The notes under the pieces were generated by a model. The model saw nothing but the letters and a program-made list of their open reading frames with translations. It had not been told where the DNA came from and ran no database searches. A stretch of 64,000 nucleotides of DNA, taken from NCBI RefSeq assembly GCF_006345805.1, contig NC_043000.1, positions 13,702,001 through 13,766,000 on the forward strand. Reading direction: 5' to 3'. Below are positions 25,897-38,489 of this stretch, piece after piece (position 1 is the first letter of the stretch; each line of letters begins with the position of its first letter). The stretch is from Octopus sinensis. Taxonomy: Eukaryota. The position numbers and the translations under genes were made by a program.

Positions 25897-26232
25897 AATC
25901 AAAAATTCAAAATCAAATCAAATCAAATCAAAACAAATCAAAATAGATGAACATCAATGGAATTTGTATCTTTGTGGTACCAGTGCCGGTGGCATACAAG
26001 AAAACCATCCGAACGTGGCCGTAGCCAGTACCGCATCGACTGGCCTCCGTGCTGTGGGCACGTAACAAACACCATCCGATCGTGGCCGTTCGCCAGCCTC
26101 ATCTGGCACCTGTGTCGGTGGCACATAAAAACACCATCCGAGCGTGGCCGTCTGCCAGCCTCGTCTGGCACCTGTGTCGGTGGCACATAAAAAAAAAACA
26201 CCATCCGAGCGTGGCCGTTCGCCAGCCTCATC
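25897..26232 (+). mobile_element. Internal RTE 3'-UTR fragment lacking its tail
   Basis: AAATCAAAATAGATGAACATCAATGGAATT and ~63-bp UTR units as in 3341-3790; stops at the Penelope fragment. Confidence 0.85.
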
Positions 26233-26235
26233 TAT

Positions 26236-27258
26236 ATATACCTCTATATTGGCGCAACCTCCTCTAAATTAGCCACAAGGATATCAAATCATTTTTCCAC
26301 GTTCCGTGATAAGAGTAAACAGCACTCCACGGGGCTAAGCAAATTAGTCTGGCGTTTGAAGAACGCAAATTCAACTTTCAAGCTGGAATGGTCAATATTA
26401 TCGGTGTCCTTACCGTTTGATAAGGGCAGAAAAATCTGTGCCCTCTGCAATTCCGAACTCTTTCATATTCTGTTTGCCCGAGGCCAACTAATAAACTCGA
26501 TTGTCAAGAGATCTTTCAGATGCCTACACTGGAAAAAGCATACCTTTCACTCATACCAACGAAGTCTAATATAGATAACCCCTGGATTTCCTACAAAATT
26601 AAAAGGTGATATCTCATCCCGTTAGTTTATAAGACTTCCTCATAATTGCTAAGAACTACTACCAATTCCAGCAGTAACCTTGTCTCTTGTCATTACTATT
26701 GTGGCCTCCATCTGCCCTTTCCCTCTTAAGTTGACACATTCGAACACATAGACACAGTCTTTTCACCTCCTGACCGTTAATTCTTTCTCTCTGCCTTCCA
26801 CACACACATTCACGCATTCACAGACACACACACACACACACACATTAAGGCAATTTTACACACTCATACATACGAGCACTCATTCATAAAATAAATCAAA
26901 TATAAACACCAGTCATACAGAATACATTCCCTCACTTTAATTTTCCTTTACCTTCCTTCTCCAACCTTGATTGAACCCTTGAACTATTTTAACTGACATT
27001 TTCTCCTACTTACTCTGGCATCACCCCCTATAAATAGACATTATTTATCATTATCTCTATGGGCTCCTTGTGAGCAGTCATCGAAAAACTTGTTGTGCAT
27101 TTTGTTGGAGAATTAAGTTCCTGGATTTTCCTGAAGAGAAAGCTGCATAATGGACTCTTTATTCATTCGGAATTAGGGATTTTGCAGACTTCGAAACATA
27201 TGTCGAAAATAAAATAAAGGAATTTTGTTAAATCTTCGTTCAGCTCCATTAATACTTA

Positions 27259-27265
<7 letters not shown>
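26236..27265 (+). mobile_element. Penelope-like element 3' part (Naiad-like GIY-YIG endonuclease end, non-coding region, pLTR with hammerhead)
   Basis: Open frame 26242-26574: LYIGATSSKLATRISNHFSTFRDKSKQHSTGLSKLVWRLK...WSIL...CALCNSE...LIN...RCLHWKK; hammerhead at 27125-27210; ends in (TA)n. Confidence 0.82.
27125..27210 (+). ncRNA. Type I hammerhead ribozyme with long stem II
   Basis: Stem I ATTTTC/GAAAAT (6 bp), CTGAAGA 27131-37, stem II GAAAGCTGCA/TGCAGACTTC, GAAA 27193-96, palindromic ACATATGT, GTC 27202-04. Confidence 0.85.
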
Positions 27266-27291
<26 letters not shown>

Positions 27292-27300
27292 TATATATAT

Positions 27301-27331
<31 letters not shown>

Positions 27332-28204
27332 GCACACAGACACACACACACACACACATATGCACACACTCACACATACACACAGAGTTTCCATTGTCTG
27401 GGTGAAGGAATTAATAATGAAGGAATGAGTTCCAAATGTAGAGCGACCAGAGTAAGAAAAGAAAAGGTGCAAAACCTTGGGGCAGTATTAAATCTGCTGC
27501 CAACAAAGTCATTCACACTTTATATACTGAGAGTATATCATATGATACTCGCATAAAAAAATGCAGTGTTGCATGGTAAGAAGAAACATGGACATTGAAT
27601 GCAGGGAATGCATGGAGGAGGGAACAGAAATGAGCTGAGAGAAAAACTGGATAGAAGACTTATCAGATGTAAGGTGCCAGAGAAAAGACTGAGTTGCTAC
27701 AGACATCACTATCATCATCATCACAACGACCACCACCACTACCACCATCATTATCGTTTAGTGTCCGTTTTCCATGCTGGCATGGTTAGACAGCTTGATA
27801 GGAGCTGGCAAAGTCAGAGGCTGCACCGGATTCCATAGTCTACTTTTGCTTGGTTCCTACAGCTGGATGCCCTTCCTGATGCCAGCCATTTTACAGTCTA
27901 TTGGGTGGTTTTTATGTGGCACCATCACCAGAGCTTTCTACATGGTGCCATCACCAGTACTTTTTATGTGGCACCAGCACCTGTGCTTTTTATGTGGCAA
28001 AAAGTGCCAAGCAATTGAAACAGATGGAACTTGTAGAAGATATAGACAGGCCAAGAAAGACATAGGAAGTAGCAAAGTTGGTCTCAAGAGTTTGAAACAC
28101 ACAAATAAAAGAGAAGATAAAGAACTTCAACATGCTGAGATGCTGTGATAGAGAAGGCCCTTCCTACGTGTTCAAGTATTGAAAAGAAAACCAGATGTAA
28201 AACA

Positions 28205-28251
<47 letters not shown>

Positions 28252-28310
28252 CACATTGCTGGTGGTGGTAATGATGATGGTGTTTATGATGATGATGATG
28301 GCAATGATTG

Positions 28311-28350
<40 letters not shown>

Positions 28351-28599
28351 AATTTCATATTTCATATTTCATAGTATTGGTAATAGGACTGGACATACGA
28401 TTAACAAGTTGCTACAAAATTATGTAATTTAGGATTTGCTCTTAATGCGTTGACAGACGGCTGGTGTCTTCTACTACAGCCATGAGTTGACTAGCACCTG
28501 GTGAGTGAAATTTGGGAAACGGAAAGTGAAAGAAGCTCTTTGAATATGTATGTGGGTGTGTTTCCATTGTCTTCATATATCATTTTTTCATAATTTTTA

Positions 28600-28836
28600 A
28601 CTCTTTACTCTCTCTTTTACTCTTTTACTTGTTTCAGTCATTTGACTGCAGCCATGCTGGAGCACCACCTTTAGTTGAGCAAATCGACCCCAGGACTTAT
28701 TCTTTGTAAGCTTGTACTTACTCTATCAGTCTCTTTTGCCAAACTGCTAAGTTACAGGGGCATAAACACGCCAGCATCAGTTGTCAAATGATGTTGGGGG
28801 GACAAACGCAAACACACAAATATATACACACACACA

Positions 28837-28868
<32 letters not shown>

Positions 28869-29031
28869 CGACAGGCTTCTTTCAGTTTCCGTTAACCAAA
28901 TCCACTCGCAAGGCTTTGGTCAGCCCAAGGCTATAGTAGAAGACACTTACCCAAGGTGCCACGCAGTGGGACTGAACCCGGAACCATGTGGTTGGTAAGT
29001 AAGCTACTTACCACACAGCTACTCCTGTGCC
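28600..29031 (-). mobile_element. tRNA-derived SINE family A (CORE-like), full length
   Basis: A/B boxes (TGGCTGTGTGG.., GGTTCAGTCCC), CCTTGGG.AAGTGTCTTCTACTATAGCC block, internal (TA/TG)n, GAGTAAAA-type tail. Confidence 0.88.
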
Positions 29032-29252
29032 TTCTTTTCTTGCATACATGGGTCAGAAAGAGTATATTCATGGAGATTTTTCTGTGACCAGATGCCCTTC
29101 ATGTTACCAACTGTCAGCAAGTTCCATGTTAGTATTTCCCATTGCCAGACATGGTTTCACAAAATACTAGAAAGGAATGATACTGCTTACGATGACAGAG
29201 ACACTCATTTGCAACTATCACATTGTCAAGACAACGAGACACACACACACAC

Positions 29253-29297
<45 letters not shown>

Positions 29298-30189
29298 TGG
29301 CCTTCTCTTAGTTTCTGTCTACCAAAGCCACTTGCATAGCTTTGATTAACCCAGGGTTATAGTAGAAGACACTTGCCAAATATACGATGCATTGGGGCTG
29401 AAATTGAAACCTTGTGGTTGAAAAAGAAACTTCTTAACCACACAGCCATGCCCACACATGGTAATTGTAATCAAAAGTTAGCATCTTACAAAATCATGTC
29501 TTTTTTTTTTATTTCAAATTATCTGCAAAAGCATGATCACCCATGGAGTTGTTCACTGTTTGCATGTAAAAGAGGAAATATTATCTTACTTGGAAATATG
29601 TGAAGGTTGGTGACAGAAGGAGCATCAGACCATAGAAACATCGACTTCAACAACATTTGTCTAACTGGTAAGCATGGATAAATGGACAGTAAAATGATTG
29701 ATGATGATGATGATGATGACGACGATGATTATAATGATGAAGATGATACTAATGATGACAATGATGATGATGATGACGATGAGGAGGAGGTGGAGAAGGA
29801 GGAGGGGGGGAGGGAAGGGAGGAGGGAGGAAGGCGGAATATAATGATGATGGTAATTAAACATTCATATGATAGATGATAAGGAAAAAAGTTTTTAGCAA
29901 AACATATATTGTATGAACACATAATATTTAAACATAAAGAAAAGAGAATCTGTTGAATATATATGTGTATAGGATGTGTGTGTTTGGTTGCGTGGGTGTG
30001 TGTATGTGTGTGGGTGTAGGCAAGTTAAGCTGAATTATCAAAGTATTTATCAAAACCTTGATAGAAATTAATATTAGACCTTGTTTAACTAGAAAGAACA
30101 CTTGCATTAATATCACTTTTCCTTCCTCATCAGTTACCTGACTCTCACAGTGTTGTCTGTTGCAAGACACTCAACAGCTGACACATTTA

Positions 30190-30900
30190 TCACCACCACT
30201 GCTACCACCACCACCACCATCACTACCACAACCATGATGATGATAGTGACGATGATAACGACAATCACCACAGTGACAGTGATGGTGGTGGTAGTGGTGT
30301 TGGTGGTGGTGGTGGTGGTGGTGGTAGTGGTGTTGGTGGTGGTGGTGGTGGTGGTGGTGGTGTGGTGGTGGTGGTAGTAGTGGTGTTGGTGGTGGTGGTA
30401 GTGGTGTTGGTGGTGGTAGTAGTGGTGTTGGTGGTGGTGGTAGTGGTGTTGGTGGTGGTGTTGGTGGTGGTGGTAGTGGTGTTGGTGGTGGTAGTAGTGG
30501 TGTTGGTGGTGGTGGTAGTGGTGTTGGTGGTGGTAGTAGTGGTGTTGGTGGTGGTGGTAGTGGTGTTGGTGGTGGTAGTAGTGGTGTTGGTGGTAGTGGT
30601 GCTGGTGGTGGTGGTGGTGGTGATGATCATTATGATGATCATCATCATTATCATTCTTCTTATTGTCGTTATTATTGTCATCATTGTCATCGTCGTCGTC
30701 ATCATCATGATCATCATCACCACCATTATCATTATTGTCATCATTGTCATCATCATCGCCATTGTCGTCGTTGTTTTCCTCCCTACCACCACTACTGCTG
30801 TCATAGTGATCATCATCAACATCGTCATCACTACCACTACCACCATTGCTGCTGTTATCACTGTCATTACAATCATTACAATCATCAATATCATTATTAT
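30190..30900. repeat. Trinucleotide low-complexity tract (GGT/GTA, ATC/GTC)
   Basis: Direct reading; source of the poly-V/H/T/D ORFs. Confidence 0.9.
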
Positions 30901-30901
30901 C

Positions 30902-31146
30902 TACATTATTTACACTATTTACAATTGACAGATATTTGTCCCCATCTTTGTTGTTAGCCGACATCAGACTTCAATGGAGAAATATAGAGAAACTCCATCA
31001 AAAACTAGCTCGTCTTTCAAACCATCTAACTTTCCTGTTATAGATGTCGAGACTAATAACAACAAGCAAGATGAGGACAAATATCTGTCAATTGTAAATA
31101 ATGTAAATAATGTACATAATTCCTCATCTCTTAACTATAGAACTGT
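30902..31146. mobile_element. Penelope-like fragment with ~55-bp inverted arms around an N-terminal ORF remnant
   Basis: Arms 30902-30956 and 31057-31114 are reverse complements with few differences; spacer encodes DIRLQWRNIEKLHQKLARLSNHLTFLL, resembling Penelope ORF N-termini. Confidence 0.65.
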
Positions 31147-31452
31147 ATCATTATTATCATTATCCAGTCTCCAGCCAGAGATAAGTTGTGCTGTTGCCTA
31201 CAAGCAATTCATTTTAGGATGTTTCTCAGGATGAAGATGTGTGTGTGTATATATAACTCTGTTTGTGTGTGTTTTGTGTCTAAATGTGTGTTTTGATATG
31301 CACATGTATGTATGTTGGCATACATGTGTACATGTATTGTGTGTGTGTGTATGTGTGTGTGTGTGTGCATGTATTGCATGTGTGTGTGTGTGTGTGTGTG
31401 CGTGTGTGTGTGTATACCAAATTCCTCTCAACATCACTTCAAACTCTCTTAC

Positions 31453-31603
31453 TATCCCCAATAAAGCTGTCATCCCAACAACAATGATAGATATTAGGAA
31501 CAACAGTGGTATTAGTATTAATATTAGGAACACCCAACAGGATCTGGAATTCCAACAATGATTGAGAGAACTTGCAACGATACAAAGAAGTAACAAAGTT
31601 GTC
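31453..31603 (-). CDS. Candidate internal coding exon (151 nt) of an unidentified host gene
   Basis: Acceptor GGCATTTTTCTTTTAG|, donor ATA|GTAAGA; open: DNFVTSLYRCKFSQSLLEFQILLGVPNINTNTTVVPNIYHCCWDDSFIGD +1 nt; unique sequence. A second frame is also open. Confidence 0.4.
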
Positions 31604-32411
31604 CTAAAAGAAAAATGCCAACACTATTTATTTTGTGGAGAAAATATGTTATTTCAGCTATTGATAACGCTGCAGTTAACAAAACAGGGAGTTACTCCTT
31701 TTTAGTAAACACCCACTTGGGTGTAGCACATCCCAACTGTAATGAACACTGAAATGTTATTTAGCTTTAAGTCAACTCTGAGTAAGCAGACAAATGACCA
31801 AAGTTGTGCCATCCTCATTGAGTTAGTCTATCTTGAGTCCTAAGACTATTCAGACCAGTTACCCAGTTCCTATGGTTTATAAGTGTCCAAGATTATGATA
31901 TTGTCTCTGAATGAGATGCCACCAACCCATCACAGGTTTACTCATTTACAGCTGAGTGGAGTGGAGCAATGTGAAATGAAGTGTCTTGTTGAAGGGCATA
32001 ATGCACTGCTTGATCTGGAAATTGAAACTGCGATCTAACAATTGTTAGTGCAACACCCCGACAACAAGGTCACACATCCTAGTCATGACTATGCTATATT
32101 TCATTTAGTCATACTGTATCTAACACTACATTATTCAATACATCTTTCTGATTTTATGTCAGAAGGGTGCGATATGTTGAAGATTTGGTTGCTATTTTAA
32201 ATAGATCAAGAGATCATATATGGGTTCCCTTACTGGTTAGTAATTTCAGTATATTGTCCAACCTATGCCAGCATAGAACATAGACATTGAATGATGGTGA
32301 TGATGATGTATGCTGTAGAAATTCATATACACATACACTGACACATGCACACAGTTACATACACATGTAAATGCCCATATATACATGCATTCACAGTAGC
32401 ACAAGTAATAT

Positions 32412-32525
32412 GGGTTGGTTTTTTGGAGAAGAGAATACAACTCTTTAATTCGTAAGCTACTAACAATCATGATATCTGGGACAATAAAAATCTGTGAGGC
32501 CTTGTCAAGATTTAAGGTACAATGA
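32412..32525 (+). mobile_element. Tiny C-terminal stub of an R4/Dong-type element
   Basis: REYNSLIRKLLTIMISGTIKICEALSRFKVQ* aligns with RETDRLIRTLQVQSVSGTVKICKTFLNFQM at 22730-22820. Confidence 0.5.
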
Positions 32526-32716
32526 ACAAAACACGATTTTGTCCTTCACAACTTTGCTGCCAAGGTGATGGCCAGTCAAAATTAATTCTAAATTCTTCTG
32601 TAACATCCTTGATATATACCTTCTATTTTCAGAACATATTACCTAAAAAGACTTCTCAGGCTTCCCTCGTGGTCCTAGCAGAGAAAGAACTGGTAGAAAT
32701 AACACCACCAGCTGAT

Positions 32717-33100
32717 GGAAGCACTCCGTCGGTTACGACAACGAGGGTTCCGGTTGATCCGAATCAACAGAACAGCCTGCTCGTGAAATTAACGTGTAAG
32801 TGGCTGAGCACTCCACAGACACGTGTACCCTTAACGTAGTTCTCGGGGATATTCAGCGTGACACAGAGAGTGACAAGGCCGGCCCTTTGAAATACAGGTA
32901 CAACATAAACAGGAAGTAAGAGTGAGAGAAAGTTGTGGTGAAAGAGTACAGCAGGGATCACCACCATCCCCTGCTGGAGCCTCGTGGGGCTTTTAGGTGT
33001 TTTCGCTCAATAAACACTCACAACACCCAGTCCGGGAATCGAAACTGCGATCCTACGACTGTGAGTCCGCTGCCCTAACCACTGGGCCATTGCGCCTCCA
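32717..33100 (-). mobile_element. tRNA-derived SINE family D with 11-bp TSD (related copy 45698-45992)
   Basis: Head GGAGGCGCAATGGCCCAGTGGTTAGGGCAGCGGACTC...GTTTCGATTCCC; CACCAGCTGAT at 32706-16 and 33101-11. Confidence 0.88.
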
Positions 33101-34587
33101 CACCAGCTGATACTCTCTACCTGTGTCAGTTTGTTGCATGGAAGACTGTAGACAGTCTCTTATTTACTACAGTTGTGAAGTTATACCTAATGTCATTTCT
33201 CCTACTTGTAACCAACAAAAACATCAGGTCTGTTCTATAATTCCTGTTTCAATCCAATGGCTGCATGGTTAAGAAACTTGTTTTCCAACTATGTTGTCTT
33301 AGGTTCAGTCCCACTGTACGGCACCCTGGGCAAGTGTCTTCTATTATAACTTTGAGCCAGCCACAGCTTTTTTGAGTAGCTCTGGTACACAGAAACTGAA
33401 AGAAGCCTGTTGAGTGCGTGTGTTTGTACATACATATGTTTGTGTGTGTATGTGTGTACACTTGTCTTGACAACTCATGATATTTGTAAGTGAGTATCAC
33501 TGTCATATGAACCATATTGTTCATTTCCTTCCATCAGAAATACTAATAGAAAACAGGTGAAAGTTGACAACAGAACAGATATTTGCTTCAACAAATTTTC
33601 TCTGATGATGATGATGATACGTTTATTCATCGTTATCATCGTCATCATCATCATCATCATCATCATCATTTAACGTCTATATTCCATGCTGGCATGGGTT
33701 AGATGGTTTGACAGGAGCTAGTAAGCAAGAAGACTGCACCAAGCTCCAGTCTGTTTTGGCATGGTTTTTATGGCTGGATGCCCTTTCTAATGCCAACCAT
33801 TTTACAAAGTGTACTGGGTGCTTTTTACATAGCAATAGTACCAGCGAGGTCTGCTTTGGTATAGTTTTTATAGCTGGATACATTTCCAAATACCAACTTC
33901 TTTACAAAGTAGACTGTGTGCTTTTTACGCGGCACTAGCACCAGCACCAACAAGGTTTGCTTTGGCATGGTTTTCATACACTTTTAAATCCCAAACACTT
34001 CACAGAGTTTCGTTTATGCTGGGTTAGGTGGGTTTCTAAAGCAGCAACCTTCCACAGATCCTAGTCTTGTATCATATCTTCAATGGGATCCTAGCCCAAG
34101 TGTTTTGCATGAGCTCTTGGCTAGATTCATGCACTTCCAGTTCTTATTGTTTAGTTCCAGGTCAGCCCTGATCAAAGGGGCATATGACTAAAGGAGTTCC
34201 AACCATGTGTACTGCATCTTTTTTCACAGTCATGATATATCAAGGACAACATTATCCGATGTATCCTTTCTTGAAACCTCGTAAAAGCTCCTTTATTAGG
34301 TTGTAATGGTTATAGTTGCTGTTGTTGTTAAACCAAAGGTCAAACCTAATCAAGCAGACAGATCTATAATGGAAACCTGACCCAGGGCCACTTTGGATTA
34401 TAAAATAGATACCAGTAATATACTAGGCATTAGCATGACTGTGTGGATAAAAATGTTTCCTTCCCAGCCATCTCGTTCTTTTTGTTCACTCCTACTAAGG
34501 CACCTTAGGGAAGTGTCTTCTACTATAACCTCAGGCCAACCAAAGCATTGCAAATGGATTTGGTCGACAGAAACTGAAAGCAATCCT

Positions 34588-34634
<47 letters not shown>

Positions 34635-35038
34635 ACGGGCATGTGTGTATAAGTGTGTGGATGAGTGCATGCATGTGTTTGTGTTTCCTTGTCTTGACAA
34701 AACATGATGGTTGCAAAATAAGCATCACTGCCTTACAAGTGGTGTTGTTCATTTCCAATCTTCTACATGAATATACCTAGCCATGCGGAAATATTACCTT
34801 GCTTAGACACGAACGAGGGTTGGCAACAGGAAGGGTTTCCAATTATAGAAAATCTAACTCAACACATTTCATCTCACCCATACAAGCATGGTAAAGTGGC
34901 CATTCAACCAATGATGTTAAGTGATTATTTCACTGCCATGACAACCACCACCACCTCTTAAATTACATACATACATACATATATACAGTGGCTGTTCATA
35001 CACACATGCACACACACACACACACACACATATATATG

Positions 35039-35390
35039 CACAGGCATGGCCATGTGGTAAGTAGGTTGCTTACTAACCACATGGTTCCAAGTTCAGTCCC
35101 ACTGAGTGGCACCCTGGGCAAGTCAGGCTAACCAAAGCCTTATGAGTGGATTTGGTAGACAGATACTGAAAGAAGCCCATCGTATGTATGTGTGTATAAA
35201 ATTTGTGTGTGTCTGTGTTTGTCACCCCAGAGATTGGTGTGTTTATGTCCCCATAACTCAGTGGTTTGGCAAAAGAGACCAATAGAATAAGTACTAGGCT
35301 TACAAAGAATAAGTCCTGGGGTCAATTTGTTCAACTAAAGGTGATACTCCAGCATGGCCACAGTCAAATGACTGATACAAATAAAAGAAT
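35039..35390 (+). mobile_element. SINE family A, degenerate copy (many further partial copies, e.g. ~1790-1960, 23030-23105, 33260-33520, 34470-34720, 37378-37630, 39490-39720, 63190-63350)
   Basis: Same blocks as 57084-57500. Confidence 0.8.
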
Positions 35391-35478
35391 ATATACATTA
35401 TTTATATAATACATACATAACACACATTTATGTATTTGTTTTGCAAGATTTCTGATGTGAAATCGTGTGTTCAAACAG

Positions 35479-35759
35479 ATATTGCTACATTTCATGATGG
35501 TCATTTTTTTTTTTGACAAATAAATTCATGCTATATATTCGTTCTTCACTTTCGGATTAATCATTGTTCTTATTTTATGTCCTTTGTCTAGAAATCTTTT
35601 GTCACACAACTCACCAAAGAGGTCACAGGATGTGTGATGAAAGATCTCCAGACAAAGGACATAAAATAAGAACAAAATAAATCTAAAGTGAAGAACGAAT
35701 ATATAGTGTGTTTATTTGGCAAAAAAGGAAAAAATGACCATCCCAAAATATAACAATAT
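35479..35759. repeat. Foldback/MITE-like inverted repeat, ~130-bp arms, 22-nt loop
   Basis: 35479-35608 vs reverse complement of 35631-35759, e.g. CTATATATTCGTTCTTCACTTT and TTGTTCTTATTTTATGTCCTTTGTCT shared. Confidence 0.85.
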
Positions 35760-36765
35760 CTATAATATGTATCTTATATATATATTATAATCTATTATAC
35801 ATATATATATTATATATCATAATTTATATATACATATGTATATACATATATACACACACATACACACACATATACACATGCACATACACATATATTGCAT
35901 ATGATGCAGTACAGGAAAAAAAAATGCCCAAATAATAGAGTTTTATTGGATGACAAATAGCAAGATCAGTTATGATATCAAGAAGGAAAACAGCTGTAGT
36001 TCACCATAGACAAGACAGAGTCTCTTTAAACACTGGTACTGACTTCTTCAAACTATTAACCTTGGTGACCAGCACTCATTAGGTCACCTAAGTAAGAGAA
36101 CAATGTAATTATTTAGTCCTCTATGCCTGATTAGCAAGTACTGTTTAGTCAACATACATAAATACACTAATCTTTTTCATCTATCTCACTTCCACTTTTC
36201 CTCTCTAGAAGAGTCTAAATAGTGTACGTGCATGGCTTGGTGTGCGTGCGTTTGTATGTGCAGAGGGCAGGAGCGGTGAAGAGGGGAACAGCGTTAAAAT
36301 AAATAAAATAACATACATGAATCAAGATCTATGCGTTGTTATTGTTGATGTAGTTGTTGTTGACATTGTCAAAACACTTCATTACAACACTCATCCTTGT
36401 ATATTACCACATCTCAAGTAGATTGCATTCTCAACCATCTACACTTAAACCTATATGTGCAAGTATATATTGGATAATAAACAGTCCTAAATACACTATT
36501 ATGCCTGAAAAACAAAACAGGATGGGCACAGCATGCACTCCTTTGATCATAGTTCTGTCTGTACAATCACAACTGACCTGGGGCCAAACAACAACAGCAG
36601 AACACTGCAATGTCATATATTCACATACATTCACTGTATTAACCCATTATTTCTGTCCATTCTACATTTCTTAAATCATGGTGCTACTGTGGTTGTTGTT
36701 TAAGCTCAAATCAGCCTGGGTCCAATAGAACTATAAAGAAAGACATTCCATCTGACCCAGCCATA

Positions 36766-36803
<38 letters not shown>

Positions 36804-36939
36804 AAATATATATATCTATATATATATGTGAATATGTATGTATGCATGTATCTATCTATCTATCTATATATGCATTGCTTTCTCTCTCCCTCCCACTCTC
36901 TCTCTCTCTCTTTCGCCTCTCTCTTTGCATATATATATA

Positions 36940-37333
36940 TCTTTATATATAAAAGAGAGGTTGTGTGTCTGTCTCCTACGATTTAGATTCCTAACTACTG
37001 CCACATTTTGCGGTGCAGTTTAACCAAAACCGGGTATCTTATAGTCGTGATTCATATCGAGCCCTTCTGGGTATTAGCGTGCGTCTACAATGAGTCTACG
37101 ATTTAAAAAAAAATTTACCATCATTTTTTTCCATTTTAATGCATTTTTTCGCTATTATATAAGGGAAGTAACTCTCTAAAAATGTCTACGATGAGTTAAC
37201 AATTTAAAAAAAAATTACCGTCATTTTTTTTCCATTTTTAATGCATTTTTTTGCTATTTTTTGGTTATAACTCTAAAAATGCTTATATAGTTATTTCCCT
37301 TACAAACCCGAGCAACGCCGGGCAATACTGCTA

Positions 37334-37334
<1 letters not shown>
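36940..37334 (+). mobile_element. Non-autonomous Helitron
   Basis: A|TCTTTATATATAAAAG start; CCCG-AGCAACGC-CGGG hairpin (37307-22) 8 nt before CTAG|T; internal ~65-bp duplication. Confidence 0.8.
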
Positions 37335-37380
<46 letters not shown>

Positions 37381-37679
37381 CAACAACATGAGTGTGTAGT
37401 TAAGAAGCTTGCTTTGCAACCACATGGTTTTGTGTTCAGTCCCACTACACAGCACCTTGGGCAAGCATTTTCTACTATAGCCCCAGGTTGACCAACACCT
37501 TGTAAGTGAATTTGGAAGACAGAAACTGTGTGGAAGCCTGTCATATATATACATATATATGTGTGTGTGTGTACAGGTGTCTTTGTGATTGTCCTTTTAC
37601 TGCTTGACAACTGATGTTACTTTATTTACATTTCTAAATCAGAGCTTTAGCAGGCAGCCTTTGACTATTTCTATCCAAA

Positions 37680-38090
37680 AGGATTTTTCGACCCAATATT
37701 TATATGCTATTATTTCTAGCTTTATGTGATGTGCCTCATGAGCCAATATTCCAAGAAAACATTATTTCACATTCTGTCAAAAGTTTATGAATTCTTATGG
37801 CTGGGTTAGGTGGAATGTCTTTCTTTATAGTTCTATTGGACCCACTAGACAGTCTGTAGAAAATGTGTTGCATATAAAAAGCTTAGATTCTCGACCCATG
37901 TCGAATTTATCGATTTTTTTTCAGAACTGGGGGAACTTTTCAAAATTTTCCCTGCTTTGGTTTTGAATTATGACATTGGGCTACGTGTGTGTGTCAAGTT
38001 TCATCAGAATCGGTTGAAAGCCGTGGTCAGGGTGAGGGTACAACCTGACAGACACACAGACAGACAAACTGCCATTTATATATAGAGAGA
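37680..38090 (-). mobile_element. Second Helitron-like element, 5' end only
   Basis: Minus A|TCTCTCTATATATAAATGGCAGTTTGTCTGTCTG start resembling the 36940 start; no 3' CTAG/hairpin found. Confidence 0.45.
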
Positions 38091-38133
38091 TAAACAAATG
38101 GTTTGTAGAATGAGCTAATTAGTAGCAGATTAA

Positions 38134-38356
38134 ACCTTTTTACTATAAACAACCCCACCCAAAGCAGCCCTTGGCTCTAGGATATAAACTTGCTTTTCCA
38201 AAGCAATCTAAATTAAATCCTTTCACCAAACTTTCATGTTATGTTCCAAACCCCAACTTAATAGTGACAAAGTTGTTCCACTAAATATTTTGATATTTTC
38301 AAAATTAACTGTAACAAGGGACATTGTATTTCATCAGAAATATGGTAACAAAAGGG
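38134..38356. mobile_element. Older TTAA-flanked piggyBac-type MITE (different family)
   Basis: TTAA-ACCTTTTT... / ...GTAACAAAAGGG-TTAA; left TIR degenerate. Confidence 0.45.
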
Positions 38357-38489
38357 TTAACCTATTAAAGCCTATTAGTAGCAGAACTAACTTAGTAGTT
38401 GAATAAGTTTATGACCAGTGGGATGAACCTATTCATAAACAAACAACTTACTGTTGAACCAAATTAAACTCGATTAGTTAGTTGGATAT

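Noticed and set aside
26575-27050. SECIS element downstream of the Naiad-like ORF
   Set aside because: No RUGA/GA quartet with apical AA seen by eye and no in-frame TGA in the fragment.
30134-30964. Long His/Asp/Thr/Val-rich ORFs (also 54523-54896)
   Set aside because: Translations of trinucleotide repeats, open on both strands; no splice or homology support.
32500-32645. Exon-like minus-strand stretch (VYIKDVTEEFRINFDWPSPW...)
   Set aside because: Stops in all frames without a good donor; adjacent plus strand is better explained as an RLE-element stub.
33040-33100. tRNA gene
   Set aside because: A/B boxes belong to a SINE head that continues into SINE body and has a TSD; no proper acceptor stem.
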